The notes under the pieces are model-generated. The model did no database searches. It was given only the letters and a program-made list of their open reading frames with translations, and was not told the DNA's origin. Both the position numbers and the translations under genes were made by a program. From positions 3,788 to 67,787 of the forward strand of contig CACOKI010000003.1 in assembly GCA_902627735.1 (NCBI GenBank): 64,000 nucleotides of DNA, in the 5' to 3' direction. Shown piece by piece: positions 48,240 to 58,148 of the stretch; positions within the stretch are counted from its first letter, which is position 1, and every line of letters begins with the position of its first letter. Source of the stretch: an uncultured Pelagibacteraceae bacterium. Its GTDB lineage: Bacteria; Pseudomonadota; Alphaproteobacteria; Pelagibacterales; Pelagibacteraceae.

Positions 48240-50684
48240 ATGGAAAAAAAACTTCCAAATAGCACTAAAGTTGTTGTTATAGGAGGTGGAGTGGTTGGTT
48301 GTTCAGTCGCTTACCATTTAGCCAAATTTGGTTGGAAAGATACTATTCTTTTAGAAAGAGATCAATTAACATCAGGAACAACTTGGCACGCAGCTGGACT
48401 TGTAAGTCAATTAGGCCCAACAGCAGCGATAACAAAAATTCGAAAATATACACTAGATTTATATAAAAAATTAGAAAAAGAGGTTGATCACTCTGCAGGC
48501 TTAAGATTAAACGGTGCACTTTCAATTGCACAAAATAAAGGAAGATGGCAAGAACTTCAAAGACAAGCAACAACTGCTCAACTTTATGATGTTGATGTAA
48601 GAATTTTAGATAAAGATCAAATCAAAAAAGATTATCCAATTATTAATACCGATGAAGTCATTGGCGGAATTTTAATGCCAGGTGATGGAGCAGCTGATCC
48701 ATCAGGTGTAACTCACATGCTTGCTAAAGGTGCAAGAATGGAAGGTGCTCAAATTTTTGAAAAATCACCTGTAGAAGAAATTTTAACAAAAGATGGAAAA
48801 ATTTCAGGTGTAAAAGCAAATGGTCAAATAATTGAATGTGAATATATTGTATTAGCTTCAGGCATGTGGTCTAGACAAATTGGTGAAAGAGCTGGGGTAA
48901 GTATTCCGCTTTATCCCGCAGAACATTTTTATATTATTACTGAACCTATAGAAAATTTATCTAAAACATTACCGGTTATAAGAGATTTTGATAACAGCAC
49001 TTACATTAAAGAAGATGCTGGTAAAATTTTAGTAGGTATTTTTGAGGGAAAATCTATTCCAGCATTTGATAAAACAAGTTTAGTACCAGAAGATTTTTCC
49101 TTTGGAGAATTTCCTGAAAATTTTGAACATTTTGAACCATACTTAGCATCTGCGATCAAAAGGTTTCCGGTTCTAGAAAAAGCTGGAATTAGAAAATTTT
49201 TTGCAGGACCAGAGTCTTTTACACCTGACACTAATACTTTATTAGGGGAAGTTCCAGAAGTTAAGAACTTTTTTGTTTGTTGTGGTTTAAATAGTATTGG
49301 AATTGGAAGTGGAGGAGGAGTAGGAAAAGTTACAGCTGAATGGTTAATGACTGGACATATTAATCAAGACATATTTAGTTATGATATTAAAAGATTTCAA
49401 AAATTTCATTCAGAACTAGGTTTTATTAAAAAAAGAATTACTGAAACGCTGGGTGATCTTTATGGAATGCACTGGCCTTTTAAACAACATAAAACCTCAA
49501 GGAATATAAAAACACTTCCTTATCATGATAATCTAAAAAGTTTTGGAGCATGCTTTGGTGTTTCAGCAGGGTATGAGAGACCAATGTGGTTTGCACTTGA
49601 TGGAGAAATATCAGAGTATGAATACAGCTATAATTATCAAAATTGGTATCCATCAGCTGAATATGAGACCAATAATACTATTAAAAATGTCGGTTTATTT
49701 GACTTAACCCCTTTTTCAAAGTTTGAAATTAAATCCGAAAAAGCTCACGGGGAATTGCAGAAAATTTGTACTGCTAATATAAAAAATGAGATTGGAAAAT
49801 GTACTTATACCCACATGTTAAATAGTGATGGTGGAATTGAAACCGATTTAACAGTCGTTTGTTTAGATAAAAATCATTTTAGGATAATTAGTTCAGCTGC
49901 AACAAGGGAAAGAGATAAATTTCATATAAACAAACATCTATCTAAAGGTGTAAAATTAAAAGATATAACAGATGATTATTGTGTATTTGGATTATTTGGT
50001 CCAAAGAGTAGAAATTTAATCAAAACCATTTCAAAAGATAGTTTCGATAACAATGATTTCAAATTTGGTACAGCAAAATATATAAAGATAGAAGGGATAA
50101 AAATTTGGGCCCAGAGATTATCTTATGTCGGTGAATTAGGATATGAATTATATGTAAAAGTTAATGAAGCTAAAAAAATATATGAATTGCTAATTGAAAA
50201 AGGCAAAGATTTTAATCTTTCAAATTGTGGAATGCATGCAATGGATATTATGAGAATGGAGAGTGGTTTTTTACATTGGGGTCATGATATCTCACCTGAG
50301 GAAAATCAATATCAGGCAGGTTTAACTTTCACAATAAGCAACAAAAAAGAAATTGATTTTATTGGAAAGCAAGCGTTAGAAAAAATCAAAAAAGAGAAGA
50401 TTAAAAGTAGATTTGCAATGTTTACTTTAAAAGAAAGCAAACCAGGTGAACCACTGTTGCTTCATGATGAACCTATTTATTTAGAGAATAAAATTATTGG
50501 AAGATCAACCTCAGGAAATTATTCATTTAATTTTAAAAAAAATTTAACTTTTGGATATATTAATTCTGATTTTTCTAATGAAGAACTTAAAGATAAAAAC
50601 TTATTTATTGAAGTAGAAAAAAAGAAATATCCTATTTCAATTCAAACAGAGGCTCTAAAACGAACAGACTTTAAAAATTTATAA
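48240..50684 (+). CDS. GcvT-family FAD/folate dehydrogenase (dimethylglycine/sarcosine dehydrogenase-like)
   Basis: IGGGVVG, SGTTWHAAG, GPESFTPD, SYVGELGYE. Confidence 0.9.
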   Translation: MEKKLPNSTKVVVIGGGVVGCSVAYHLAKFGWKDTILLERDQLTSGTTWHAAGLVSQLGPTAAITKIRKYTLDLYKKLEKEVDHSAGLRLNGALSIAQNKGRWQELQRQATTAQLYDVDVRILDKDQIKKDYPIINTDEVIGGILMPGDGAADPSGVTHMLAKGARMEGAQIFEKSPVEEILTKDGKISGVKANGQIIECEYIVLASGMWSRQIGERAGVSIPLYPAEHFYIITEPIENLSKTLPVIRDFDNSTYIKEDAGKILVGIFEGKSIPAFDKTSLVPEDFSFGEFPENFEHFEPYLASAIKRFPVLEKAGIRKFFAGPESFTPDTNTLLGEVPEVKNFFVCCGLNSIGIGSGGGVGKVTAEWLMTGHINQDIFSYDIKRFQKFHSELGFIKKRITETLGDLYGMHWPFKQHKTSRNIKTLPYHDNLKSFGACFGVSAGYERPMWFALDGEISEYEYSYNYQNWYPSAEYETNNTIKNVGLFDLTPFSKFEIKSEKAHGELQKICTANIKNEIGKCTYTHMLNSDGGIETDLTVVCLDKNHFRIISSAATRERDKFHINKHLSKGVKLKDITDDYCVFGLFGPKSRNLIKTISKDSFDNNDFKFGTAKYIKIEGIKIWAQRLSYVGELGYELYVKVNEAKKIYELLIEKGKDFNLSNCGMHAMDIMRMESGFLHWGHDISPEENQYQAGLTFTISNKKEIDFIGKQALEKIKKEKIKSRFAMFTLKESKPGEPLLLHDEPIYLENKIIGRSTSGNYSFNFKKNLTFGYINSDFSNEELKDKNLFIEVEKKKYPISIQTEALKRTDFKNL

Positions 50685-51536
50685 TTAAGTTTTTTTTCTC
50701 AAAAAAAATACAAAAATAACAGCTGTCATCATCATGATTAGAGCATATGCAGCAGTTGGCACCATGTAAGTCATATCTTGACCAAATAATTGTGTTCCAA
50801 CAAAAACAGCCAATGTTCCATTCTGTAAACCACATTCTAAAGAAATACATCTTTGTTGAGCAACTCCTGACGCAAAAAACTTGGCAACAAAGAAACCTAT
50901 TGTCATCATAGAAATATTTAAGATTAGAGACACAGTCCCTGCAGTAGTTAAAAACATTATAATACTGTCCCATTCTTCAATATAAATAGCGATAAAAACA
51001 ATTAAAAATAATATAATAGATATTTTTTCAATTATTTTCATATTTCTTTCAATAAAATCACTAAATAGTTTTCTTATTGTCATTCCGATAATTACTGGAA
51101 CGGTAACGACACCAAACATCTTTAATGAAATTCCCAGCATTGAAACTTCTTTTTTTACATAAGTGATATCAAATAGGTCGATTGATAAAAAAACTATATA
51201 AGGAACTGATACGATACTTATTAAACTTGTAAATGCTGTAAGAGATATAGATAGTGCAACATCACCATCTGCAAATTTAGTTAAAACATTTGAAGTAACT
51301 CCTCCAGGAGCCGCAGCAATTAACATTACTCCTAAAGCAAGTTCTATTGGAGTTTTTAAAATTATGATTAATAAATATCCAACAATTGGCAGAACAACCA
51401 ATTGACAAATTAAACCAACAAAAAATTCTTTAGGATGTTGAAATACTCTTGTAAAATCTTTTACTGTTAAAGATGCGCCAAGCCCTAACATTATTAATGC
51501 AAGTGCAAACGGCGCGATTGTTGTTACTATACCCAT
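50685..51536 (-). CDS. Bile acid:sodium symporter (BASS) family
   Basis: MLGLG, APGGVTSN, GDVALS, ECGLQNG. Confidence 0.9.
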   Translation of the reverse strand: MGIVTTIAPFALALIMLGLGASLTVKDFTRVFQHPKEFFVGLICQLVVLPIVGYLLIIILKTPIELALGVMLIAAAPGGVTSNVLTKFADGDVALSISLTAFTSLISIVSVPYIVFLSIDLFDITYVKKEVSMLGISLKMFGVVTVPVIIGMTIRKLFSDFIERNMKIIEKISIILFLIVFIAIYIEEWDSIIMFLTTAGTVSLILNISMMTIGFFVAKFFASGVAQQRCISLECGLQNGTLAVFVGTQLFGQDMTYMVPTAAYALIMMMTAVIFVFFLRKKT

Positions 51537-51584
51537 GACCCCTCTAAGTAATTCCGCAACGTTAAACTAAAACATAAATTATTT

Positions 51585-52562
51585 TCAAGAAATTACAAGA
51601 AGATTTAAAACTTTGCGAATAAATTTGGCTTTAAACTTAAAAGCTTCTGTTTGATAAGGTAAAATTTTTTTAAAATTTGTACTTGTTAAAACATATTGTT
51701 TTTTTTCATTCATTTTTAGTAAATCATTTTTTATTAAATATTTACATTTTCTAATAATTGTTGCGCGAGGAATTTTCGTCATATCAGAAATTGACATTGC
51801 GCTAATTCCAGTATTTGTACCTAGATTTTTTATTAGAATATCACTTGTGGTAAAGTGATCTAATGGAGGTTTGTCATCAGCTGTTTCTAAATGTTTTGAA
51901 ACATTTAAAACTTGGTTCATAGTGACTGTTCCCCAAATATGAAAGGTAGTCAAATCTTGCATAAATTTTTGATATCCAATAATTAATGGTATTTGCATAC
52001 GATAAAACCATCTCCAACATAACGAGAATCTTTTTTTAATAATTCTTTCAATCATTTGTGGATCAAGTTTTTTTGAATAAAGTTTATCTTTGTTCAAAGC
52101 TCGTGAAACTAAATATATATATTTTGAAGAAAACTTTATCTGGTTTTCAGGTTTGACAAAAGGAAATGCTTTTCTATCAATTATGATCTTTTTTTTACTA
52201 CGACTTATAACTCCATCTTTTTCAAGCTCTAAAACTTTTCTCCTAACAGTTTCTTTTGGTAAATTTAGTTTTTCGCAAAGCTCTGTAATACTGAATTTTT
52301 CAATTTGTTGATAAGATTTTGAATAATATTCGTCATAACTATATTGAATTTGCATTTGATCATAAAATTGAAGAGTTTTTTCAATCAATGAAATCACTAC
52401 CATATATTTATAGTGATCGTTAAAAGACCAGTAAACAGCATTCATCCAATTCCATTGATGAAATATCCATTCTTTACTTAGATCTGAATAGTTGCCCATA
52501 ATGGTATCATAGACCTGTTGATCAGATAGTGTTTTGGAAAAATCTATTTCTTGAATACTCAT
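51585..52562 (-). CDS. Hypothetical protein with two winged-helix DNA-binding repeats
   Basis: SITELCEKLNLPKETVRRKVLELEKDG and SAMSISDMTKIPRATIIRKCKYLIKND. Confidence 0.8.
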   Translation of the reverse strand: MSIQEIDFSKTLSDQQVYDTIMGNYSDLSKEWIFHQWNWMNAVYWSFNDHYKYMVVISLIEKTLQFYDQMQIQYSYDEYYSKSYQQIEKFSITELCEKLNLPKETVRRKVLELEKDGVISRSKKKIIIDRKAFPFVKPENQIKFSSKYIYLVSRALNKDKLYSKKLDPQMIERIIKKRFSLCWRWFYRMQIPLIIGYQKFMQDLTTFHIWGTVTMNQVLNVSKHLETADDKPPLDHFTTSDILIKNLGTNTGISAMSISDMTKIPRATIIRKCKYLIKNDLLKMNEKKQYVLTSTNFKKILPYQTEAFKFKAKFIRKVLNLLVIS

Positions 52563-52673
52563 AAAATTTTTTTTGTGAGTAGAAACCCATTATGGACAGT
52601 TGTCAATTCAAAAGTGACCCAAATTGAACTTTTAAAAAATTGAGACTATATCGATTTCGTGTTTTATTTAGAT

Positions 52674-52904
52674 ATGGATAATAAAGGCTTTGCAGAAATG
52701 AAATCTAATATCGAGACCCCAAATGGTAATAGTTTCACTGAAAAGCCTTTAAAAACAAATCAAATAAGACCTAATAGAGTTGATATTAATGTTTTAAAAT
52801 CCAAACTTCAACAAACTGAAAGCAAAGAATTTAAAAAGAACGTTTACATACTATCAACTTTAGTAATAGGACTTGGTGCTTTGGGTGTTTATCTTTCTTT
52901 ATAA
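52674..52904 (+). CDS. Small C-terminally membrane-anchored protein (RVDINVL motif)
   Basis: ATG at 52674 (GTG 52659 is an alternative); C-terminal hydrophobic helix. Confidence 0.72.
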   Translation: MDNKGFAEMKSNIETPNGNSFTEKPLKTNQIRPNRVDINVLKSKLQQTESKEFKKNVYILSTLVIGLGALGVYLSL

Positions 52905-52945
52905 GAAAATTTGCAAATATTTCTTTTCCATGGTTAAATAATTTT

Positions 52946-53152
52946 GTGAAAAATTTAAGTACATCAGTTCGTAACAGGTTGATTTCTCGATATCTTGACA
53001 ATGATATTCCTAAGGCTCAAACTAAGAGAACTGACATTAATGTTCTTTTAAATAGAGTTAAATCAAATCAAAAAAACGAGAAAAGAAAAAAATTATATTT
53101 CTCTGCAGCAGCATCTACAGGTCTAATTCTTTTTGGATTGATAATTTTTTAA
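52946..53152 (+). CDS. Small C-terminally membrane-anchored protein (RTDINVL motif), paralogue of the preceding gene
   Basis: GTG start, same motif, basic linker and terminal TM. Confidence 0.72.
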   Translation: MKNLSTSVRNRLISRYLDNDIPKAQTKRTDINVLLNRVKSNQKNEKRKKLYFSAAASTGLILFGLIIF

Positions 53153-54663
53153 TTAATTTTAAAAAATTTTTCTTTTATTTGCTTCAAAAAAATTAAAAAG
53201 CAAAGATAATCAAAAGGAAATCTGTGTCTAGCTATTTCACCATCTTCAAAAACAACAAAAGCGGAAAAAATGAAAATAAAGGTAAATAGCCAAAAATTAA
53301 TTATATTTGTTTCTCTATCTTTTTTACTAAACAAACTTTGTATTAAAAAAAATAAAAGCATTATATAAACAATCACTAGTAAAAAATTGGTATATTGAAG
53401 AGAATAAATGATTTTTTCTTTATAATTTAAAGGTCCAGTATCTAAAGATTTAAAAGGTTGTCCATCTATTGTATAAACTGTTTTCCAATCAAACTTATAT
53501 TCATAAATACATATTGGGGTCAATTTAATACAATCTGAAATTTTTATTAAATAACCCATTTTATCAGCATTATGTTTTGTAAAATTGAAGTAATCACTTG
53601 AAGTAAAAAGGTGCCTTGTAATTGAATTAATTATATTCAATATAATTAGTAAAGGTTGTTCTTTAAGAACTAATAAAAAATCTTTTTTTCTATATTTATC
53701 AACTTCAAAAAATACTTCATTAAAAGAAGTATTAGAATTCAACAATTCATTGTCAGAATTGGATTCGTAATTAAGGTAATTTTTATAAAATTCTGCGTGT
53801 GAATTAATTTTTACTTCATACAATATTGAAGTTTTTTTTTTGAATTTTTGATAATTTTCATAAGATCCAAAAGTAAAATCTCTGATTTTTTGATGCCTAT
53901 TGGGATCATCCATTTCTTTAACATAGTCAATTTTTTGATTTAAATGTTCATATAAAGAGGTCGTATTAATAGCAAATTTGTCAAATAAAATTAAATTTTT
54001 TAAATAAAAAGGCATGACAATAATTGTGAATATAAAAAATAATAATAATTTATTAAAAATATTTAAATTTTTTTGAATAATTATTATTAAAATATATCCC
54101 CAAAAAATATGAAATGTTTCTCTAGTAAGACAGAGTAATGAAAGACTAAAAGATAAAAATAAAATATATTTCGATGAATTGGGTTTTTTAATAATTTTTA
54201 TTGTTGAATAAAATAACCATAATAGAAGAAAAAAAGTAATATATTCTTTATAAAGATGATTTTCATATAAAATAGTGGTTGGTAATAACATTAATACTAC
54301 AGATAATAAAAAAGAAAAATTTTCTGAAAAATTAAAGTTTTTGGAAATTAAATATATGAATACAAAAGATAAAAATCCAATTACTAAATATATGAATTGA
54401 ATGATTAAAAAATAATGATCAGATAATTTCATCGTAATTCCAACAAATAAGTTTAAGAACGGTGCTTGCCAGTGATTAAAATAAATAGAATTCAAAAAAT
54501 CATTTTCTAATAAATTTTTAGGAAAAAATTGCCAATAAACATCAATGGTCCAATTATCGAAAGTTATATTAAGAAAATTAAAATAAAAAAATCTTGAAAT
54601 TATAAATATTAAAAAAAGATAAGTAATCTTATGTGATAGAAAATTTGTTTTTGTAAATTCCAT
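53149..54663 (-). CDS. Polytopic membrane protein, GT-C (ArnT/PMT-like) glycosyltransferase candidate
   Basis: Many TMs, HWQAPF loop, LTRE, large periplasmic loop, terminal RHRFP; downstream of the GT2 gene. Confidence 0.6.
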   Translation of the reverse strand: MEFTKTNFLSHKITYLFLIFIISRFFYFNFLNITFDNWTIDVYWQFFPKNLLENDFLNSIYFNHWQAPFLNLFVGITMKLSDHYFLIIQFIYLVIGFLSFVFIYLISKNFNFSENFSFLLSVVLMLLPTTILYENHLYKEYITFFLLLWLFYSTIKIIKKPNSSKYILFLSFSLSLLCLTRETFHIFWGYILIIIIQKNLNIFNKLLLFFIFTIIVMPFYLKNLILFDKFAINTTSLYEHLNQKIDYVKEMDDPNRHQKIRDFTFGSYENYQKFKKKTSILYEVKINSHAEFYKNYLNYESNSDNELLNSNTSFNEVFFEVDKYRKKDFLLVLKEQPLLIILNIINSITRHLFTSSDYFNFTKHNADKMGYLIKISDCIKLTPICIYEYKFDWKTVYTIDGQPFKSLDTGPLNYKEKIIYSLQYTNFLLVIVYIMLLFFLIQSLFSKKDRETNIINFWLFTFIFIFSAFVVFEDGEIARHRFPFDYLCFLIFLKQIKEKFFKIN

Positions 54664-54674
54664 TCTGAAATAAA

Positions 54675-55400
54675 TTAATATCTATAAAATTTTATCATCA
54701 CTAAACTTGATATTATCTTAATTGAGTCTTTAAAAAAACTAATCTTTCCTTGGGTTTTGTGTTTCCAAATCACAGGAAGCTCATTAATAATATGTTTCAT
54801 CTTTTTGGAAATAATACAAATTTCTAAATCATGCATATAACCATTAGTTTTAATTTTAGAAAAAATTTTTTTTGCTATATTTGCTTGATATAATTTAAAG
54901 CCACACTGTGTGTCTGAAATTTTTACATTAAACATAAGAGAAATAGTAAACCTAAAAATTGCTCCTATTATTTCTCTACTTTTAATTTTTTTAACTTGAG
55001 AAATAGGATGATTTCTAGATGCAAAATAAATCGTATTTTCTTTATTTATGTAATCTTTTTTTATCCATTTAAGTATTTGAAAATTTGATACTGAACAATC
55101 AGAGTCGGTTGTTAGTATCCATTTTTTTGTTGAATTTAAAACACCAGATTTTAACGCGTAACCTTTACCTTTATTAACTTTATAACTTATAATTTTATAT
55201 TGAATTTTTGAGTTTTTGTTTAGTTTAATAAAATCCTTAATTCTTTGTTTTGAATTATCAAAACTTCCATCATTAACAAAAATATATTCTTTATTAATGT
55301 GATGTGTTTTCTTATTAAATTTCTTTATATCTTGAAAAATGTTAAACAATCTTTTTTCCTCGTTAAAGATCGGATATATTATTGATAAATTTTTAATCAT
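54675..55400 (-). CDS. GT2 polyprenyl-phosphate glycosyltransferase (DPM/DPG synthase-like)
   Basis: IIYPIFNEE, VNDGS, NKGKG, DSD, DTQCGFK. Confidence 0.9.
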   Translation of the reverse strand: MIKNLSIIYPIFNEEKRLFNIFQDIKKFNKKTHHINKEYIFVNDGSFDNSKQRIKDFIKLNKNSKIQYKIISYKVNKGKGYALKSGVLNSTKKWILTTDSDCSVSNFQILKWIKKDYINKENTIYFASRNHPISQVKKIKSREIIGAIFRFTISLMFNVKISDTQCGFKLYQANIAKKIFSKIKTNGYMHDLEICIISKKMKHIINELPVIWKHKTQGKISFFKDSIKIISSLVMIKFYRY

Positions 55401-55499
55401 AGTGATTTAACTAATCATTTTTATATATAAAAAACTATTTATTGTAAAAAATTGATTGTATCAGAGTATTTTTCTATTATATATCTTCATTTACTATAT

Positions 55500-55576
55500 G
55501 GCGGGGTAGCTCAGTTGGTTAGAGCGCGGGACTCATAAGCCCGAGGTCAGTGGTTCGATCCCACTTCCCGCTACCA
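55500..55576 (+). tRNA. tRNA-Met (CAT), probably elongator
   Basis: GGCGGGG/TCCCGCT acceptor stem, TAGCTCAGTTGG D-arm, CT-CAT-AA anticodon loop, GGTTCGATCC, encoded CCA. Confidence 0.93.
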
Positions 55577-55601
55577 ATAAATATAAATTCTAAAAATATA
55601 T

Positions 55602-56636
55602 TTATTTGATAAAAGTATCATTAAATTGATTTGATACTCTTACAAAAGTTGTACATTTGCTTAATTGTTTAAGAGATGGCGCGCCCACATATGTACAGCT
55701 ACTTCTTACTCCACCAAGAATATTAAGTATTGTGTCGTTAATTTTTCCTCTATATTTAACTCTAACTGCTCTTCCCTCACTACTTCTATAATCAGACAAA
55801 CCACCATAATGTTTTTTATTTGCAACTTCAGAACTTGATCCATAAAATTCAATATATTTAGATCCGTTTACTTTTATTAATTTCCCTTTGCCTTCATCAT
55901 GACCAGCTAACATTCCGCCCAACATGACAAAATCTGCACCTCCACCAAATCCTTTAGCTACATCACCTGGACAGGTGCAACCACCATCTGCAATTATATG
56001 CGCTCCAAGACCATGAGCAGCATCTGCACATTCTATAACTGCACTTAATTGCGGATAACCAACTCCTGTCTGTATTCTTGTAGTGCAAACACTTCCTGGA
56101 CCTATTCCAACTTTTACAATATCTGCTCCACTGAGAACTAGTTCTTGCGTCATATCTGCAGTTACAACGTTTCCAGCTATTATTGTTTTGGTAGGGTATT
56201 TATCTCTTACAGATTTGACAAAATTAGTAAAATGTTCTGAATACCCGTTAGCAACATCAATACAAATAAATTTAAAAAAACTAAATTCTTTTAACACTTT
56301 ATCTAAATTTCGAAAATCTTCTTTCTTGATACCTACACTTAGAGCGATATTAGAATAAATTTTTTTGATATTTTTATTTTGTTTAATCTTTTTGATATCA
56401 TGTTGTTTGGTCAAACACGTTATCATTCCATATTCATTTAATTTTTCTGCAATACTTAATTCTCCAACACCATCCATATTCGCAGCCATTATAGGTATTC
56501 CTGACCATTCATTTTTGCTGTACTTAAATCTATATGTTCTTAAGAGATTTACATCTTTACGACTTTTAAGTGTGCTTCGTTTAGGTCTAAATAAAACGTC
56601 TGAATAATCTAATTTTAACTCTTCTTCAATTCTCAT
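55602..56636 (-). CDS. guaC: GMP reductase
   Basis: MRIEEELKL..DVLFRPKRSTLKSR, DVANGYSE, GPGSVCTTR, ADGGC. Confidence 0.95.
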   Translation of the reverse strand: MRIEEELKLDYSDVLFRPKRSTLKSRKDVNLLRTYRFKYSKNEWSGIPIMAANMDGVGELSIAEKLNEYGMITCLTKQHDIKKIKQNKNIKKIYSNIALSVGIKKEDFRNLDKVLKEFSFFKFICIDVANGYSEHFTNFVKSVRDKYPTKTIIAGNVVTADMTQELVLSGADIVKVGIGPGSVCTTRIQTGVGYPQLSAVIECADAAHGLGAHIIADGGCTCPGDVAKGFGGGADFVMLGGMLAGHDEGKGKLIKVNGSKYIEFYGSSSEVANKKHYGGLSDYRSSEGRAVRVKYRGKINDTILNILGGVRSSCTYVGAPSLKQLSKCTTFVRVSNQFNDTFIK

Positions 56637-56685
56637 TAAGTATAAATTATAAGCAAAAAAATTTATTTCAAATCAATAAATTGCC

Positions 56686-56694
56686 TGTGGATAA
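56686..56694 (-). promoter_or_regulatory. Perfect DnaA box upstream of guaC
   Basis: TTATCCACA on the minus strand in the 70-nt apt-guaC spacer. Confidence 0.45.
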
Positions 56695-56706
56695 GTTTAA
56701 AACCGT

Positions 56707-57234
56707 TTAGTGTCCAGGAAATTCAATTAAATTTTCAACTTTAAAATTTTTTCTAACTAATTTATCACATCCACCTAAGTCAAAAAGATTAATAACAAAT
56801 ATAAAGGCCGCAACTTTTCCTTTTGAAATTTCAACTAATTTTGCTGCAGCCTCAGCTGTCCCACCAGTAGCTATTAAATCGTCAATAATCAGTACGTTTT
56901 CATTTTTGTTTATTGAATCTTTATGCACTTCAATGGTTGCAGTTCCATACTCAAGTTCAAAGTCAATTGAATGAACATCAGCTGGTAGTTTGTTTTTTTT
57001 TCTTAACATAATAAAAGGTTTTCTTAAAATGTAAGAGACTGCTGATGCAAAAACAAATCCCCTAGACTCAATTGCTGCTATTTTATCAAAATTATAATTT
57101 TTAGATTTTTTAACTATCTGATTTATACACTCAGAAAATGCATCTTTATCTTTTATTAAAGTTGTTATATCTCTGAAGAGAATTCCTTTTTTTGGATAAT
57201 CAGGTATTGATCTAATATAATCTTTTAAATCCAT
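56707..57234 (-). CDS. apt: Adenine phosphoribosyltransferase
   Basis: MDLKDYIRSIPDYPKKGILFRDIT, ESRGF, LEYG, IDDLIATGGT; start moved to ATG 57234. Confidence 0.96.
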   Translation of the reverse strand: MDLKDYIRSIPDYPKKGILFRDITTLIKDKDAFSECINQIVKKSKNYNFDKIAAIESRGFVFASAVSYILRKPFIMLRKKNKLPADVHSIDFELEYGTATIEVHKDSINKNENVLIIDDLIATGGTAEAAAKLVEISKGKVAAFIFVINLFDLGGCDKLVRKNFKVENLIEFPGH

Positions 57235-57275
57235 ATTAATTTGCGATATATAAATAAATAAATTAATTTTTTGAT

Positions 57276-58148
57276 ATGGCAAACAATAAATTAGCAATTA
57301 TAGGTGGTAGTGGCTTATATGATGTTGAAGAGTTTAAAAATAGAGAATTAATAGACTTAAAAACACCATGGGGAAAGCCTTCTGACCAAATTTTAAAAAC
57401 AAATTATAATGGTAAAGAGATTTTTTTTTTACCAAGACATGGTAGAGGACATTTTATTTCACCTTCAAATATTAATTTTAGAGCAAATATTGATGCATTA
57501 AAACAACTCGGAGTAACAGATATTGTTTCTATTTCTGCAGTAGGATCTTTAAAAGAAGATTTACCCCCAGGTAAATTTGTAATAGTAGATCAATTTATTG
57601 ATCGTACTTTTGCAAGAAATAAAACTTTTTTTGATGACGAAATAGTTGCCCATGTATCTATGGCACATCCAACTTCTAATGGTCTAATGAATGCTTGTGA
57701 GGAGGCAATTAAAAAAGAGAAAATTGAATTTCAGAGAAATGGTACGTATGTCGTAATGGAAGGACCACAATTTTCTACATTAGCGGAGTCAAATTTATAT
57801 AGATCATGGAAAGCAGATGTAATTGGAATGACGAATATGCCAGAGGCAAAACTAGCAAGAGAGGCAGAAATTAGATATGCATCGGTTTCAATGGTTACAG
57901 ATTATGATTGTTGGCACCCAGATTATGAGAATGTTGATGTTCAACAAGTTATAAAAGTTCTTTTGGGAAATGCTGCAAAAGCAAAAAATATGATTAAAAA
58001 TTTAATAGAAAATTTCGAAAAACATATTGATCCAAAAGATCCAACAAATAATTGTTTAGATGTAGCAATAATAACCGCACCAGAAAAAAGAACTCAAAAA
58101 ACTATAGATAAACTTAAAACTGTTGCTGGTAGAGTTTTAAATAGATGA
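57276..58148 (+). CDS. mtnP: 5'-methylthioadenosine phosphorylase
   Basis: IIGGSGLY, LPRHG, EGPQFSTLAES, IGMT, VTDYDCW. Confidence 0.95.
   Translation: MANNKLAIIGGSGLYDVEEFKNRELIDLKTPWGKPSDQILKTNYNGKEIFFLPRHGRGHFISPSNINFRANIDALKQLGVTDIVSISAVGSLKEDLPPGKFVIVDQFIDRTFARNKTFFDDEIVAHVSMAHPTSNGLMNACEEAIKKEKIEFQRNGTYVVMEGPQFSTLAESNLYRSWKADVIGMTNMPEAKLAREAEIRYASVSMVTDYDCWHPDYENVDVQQVIKVLLGNAAKAKNMIKNLIENFEKHIDPKDPTNNCLDVAIITAPEKRTQKTIDKLKTVAGRVLNR

Noticed and set aside
55500-55576. tRNA as attB of an integrated element, or as initiator tRNA
   Set aside because: I saw no integrase and no duplicated tRNA 3' end by eye, and the AT-rich genes lie on its 5' side. Position 1 is G (paired with T72) and the three consecutive G-C pairs closing the anticodon stem of initiators are absent. 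Ile2 is not fully excluded.
57235-57297. N-terminal extension of Apt
   Set aside because: It overlaps the divergent mtnP start; family similarity begins at MDLKDYIR.
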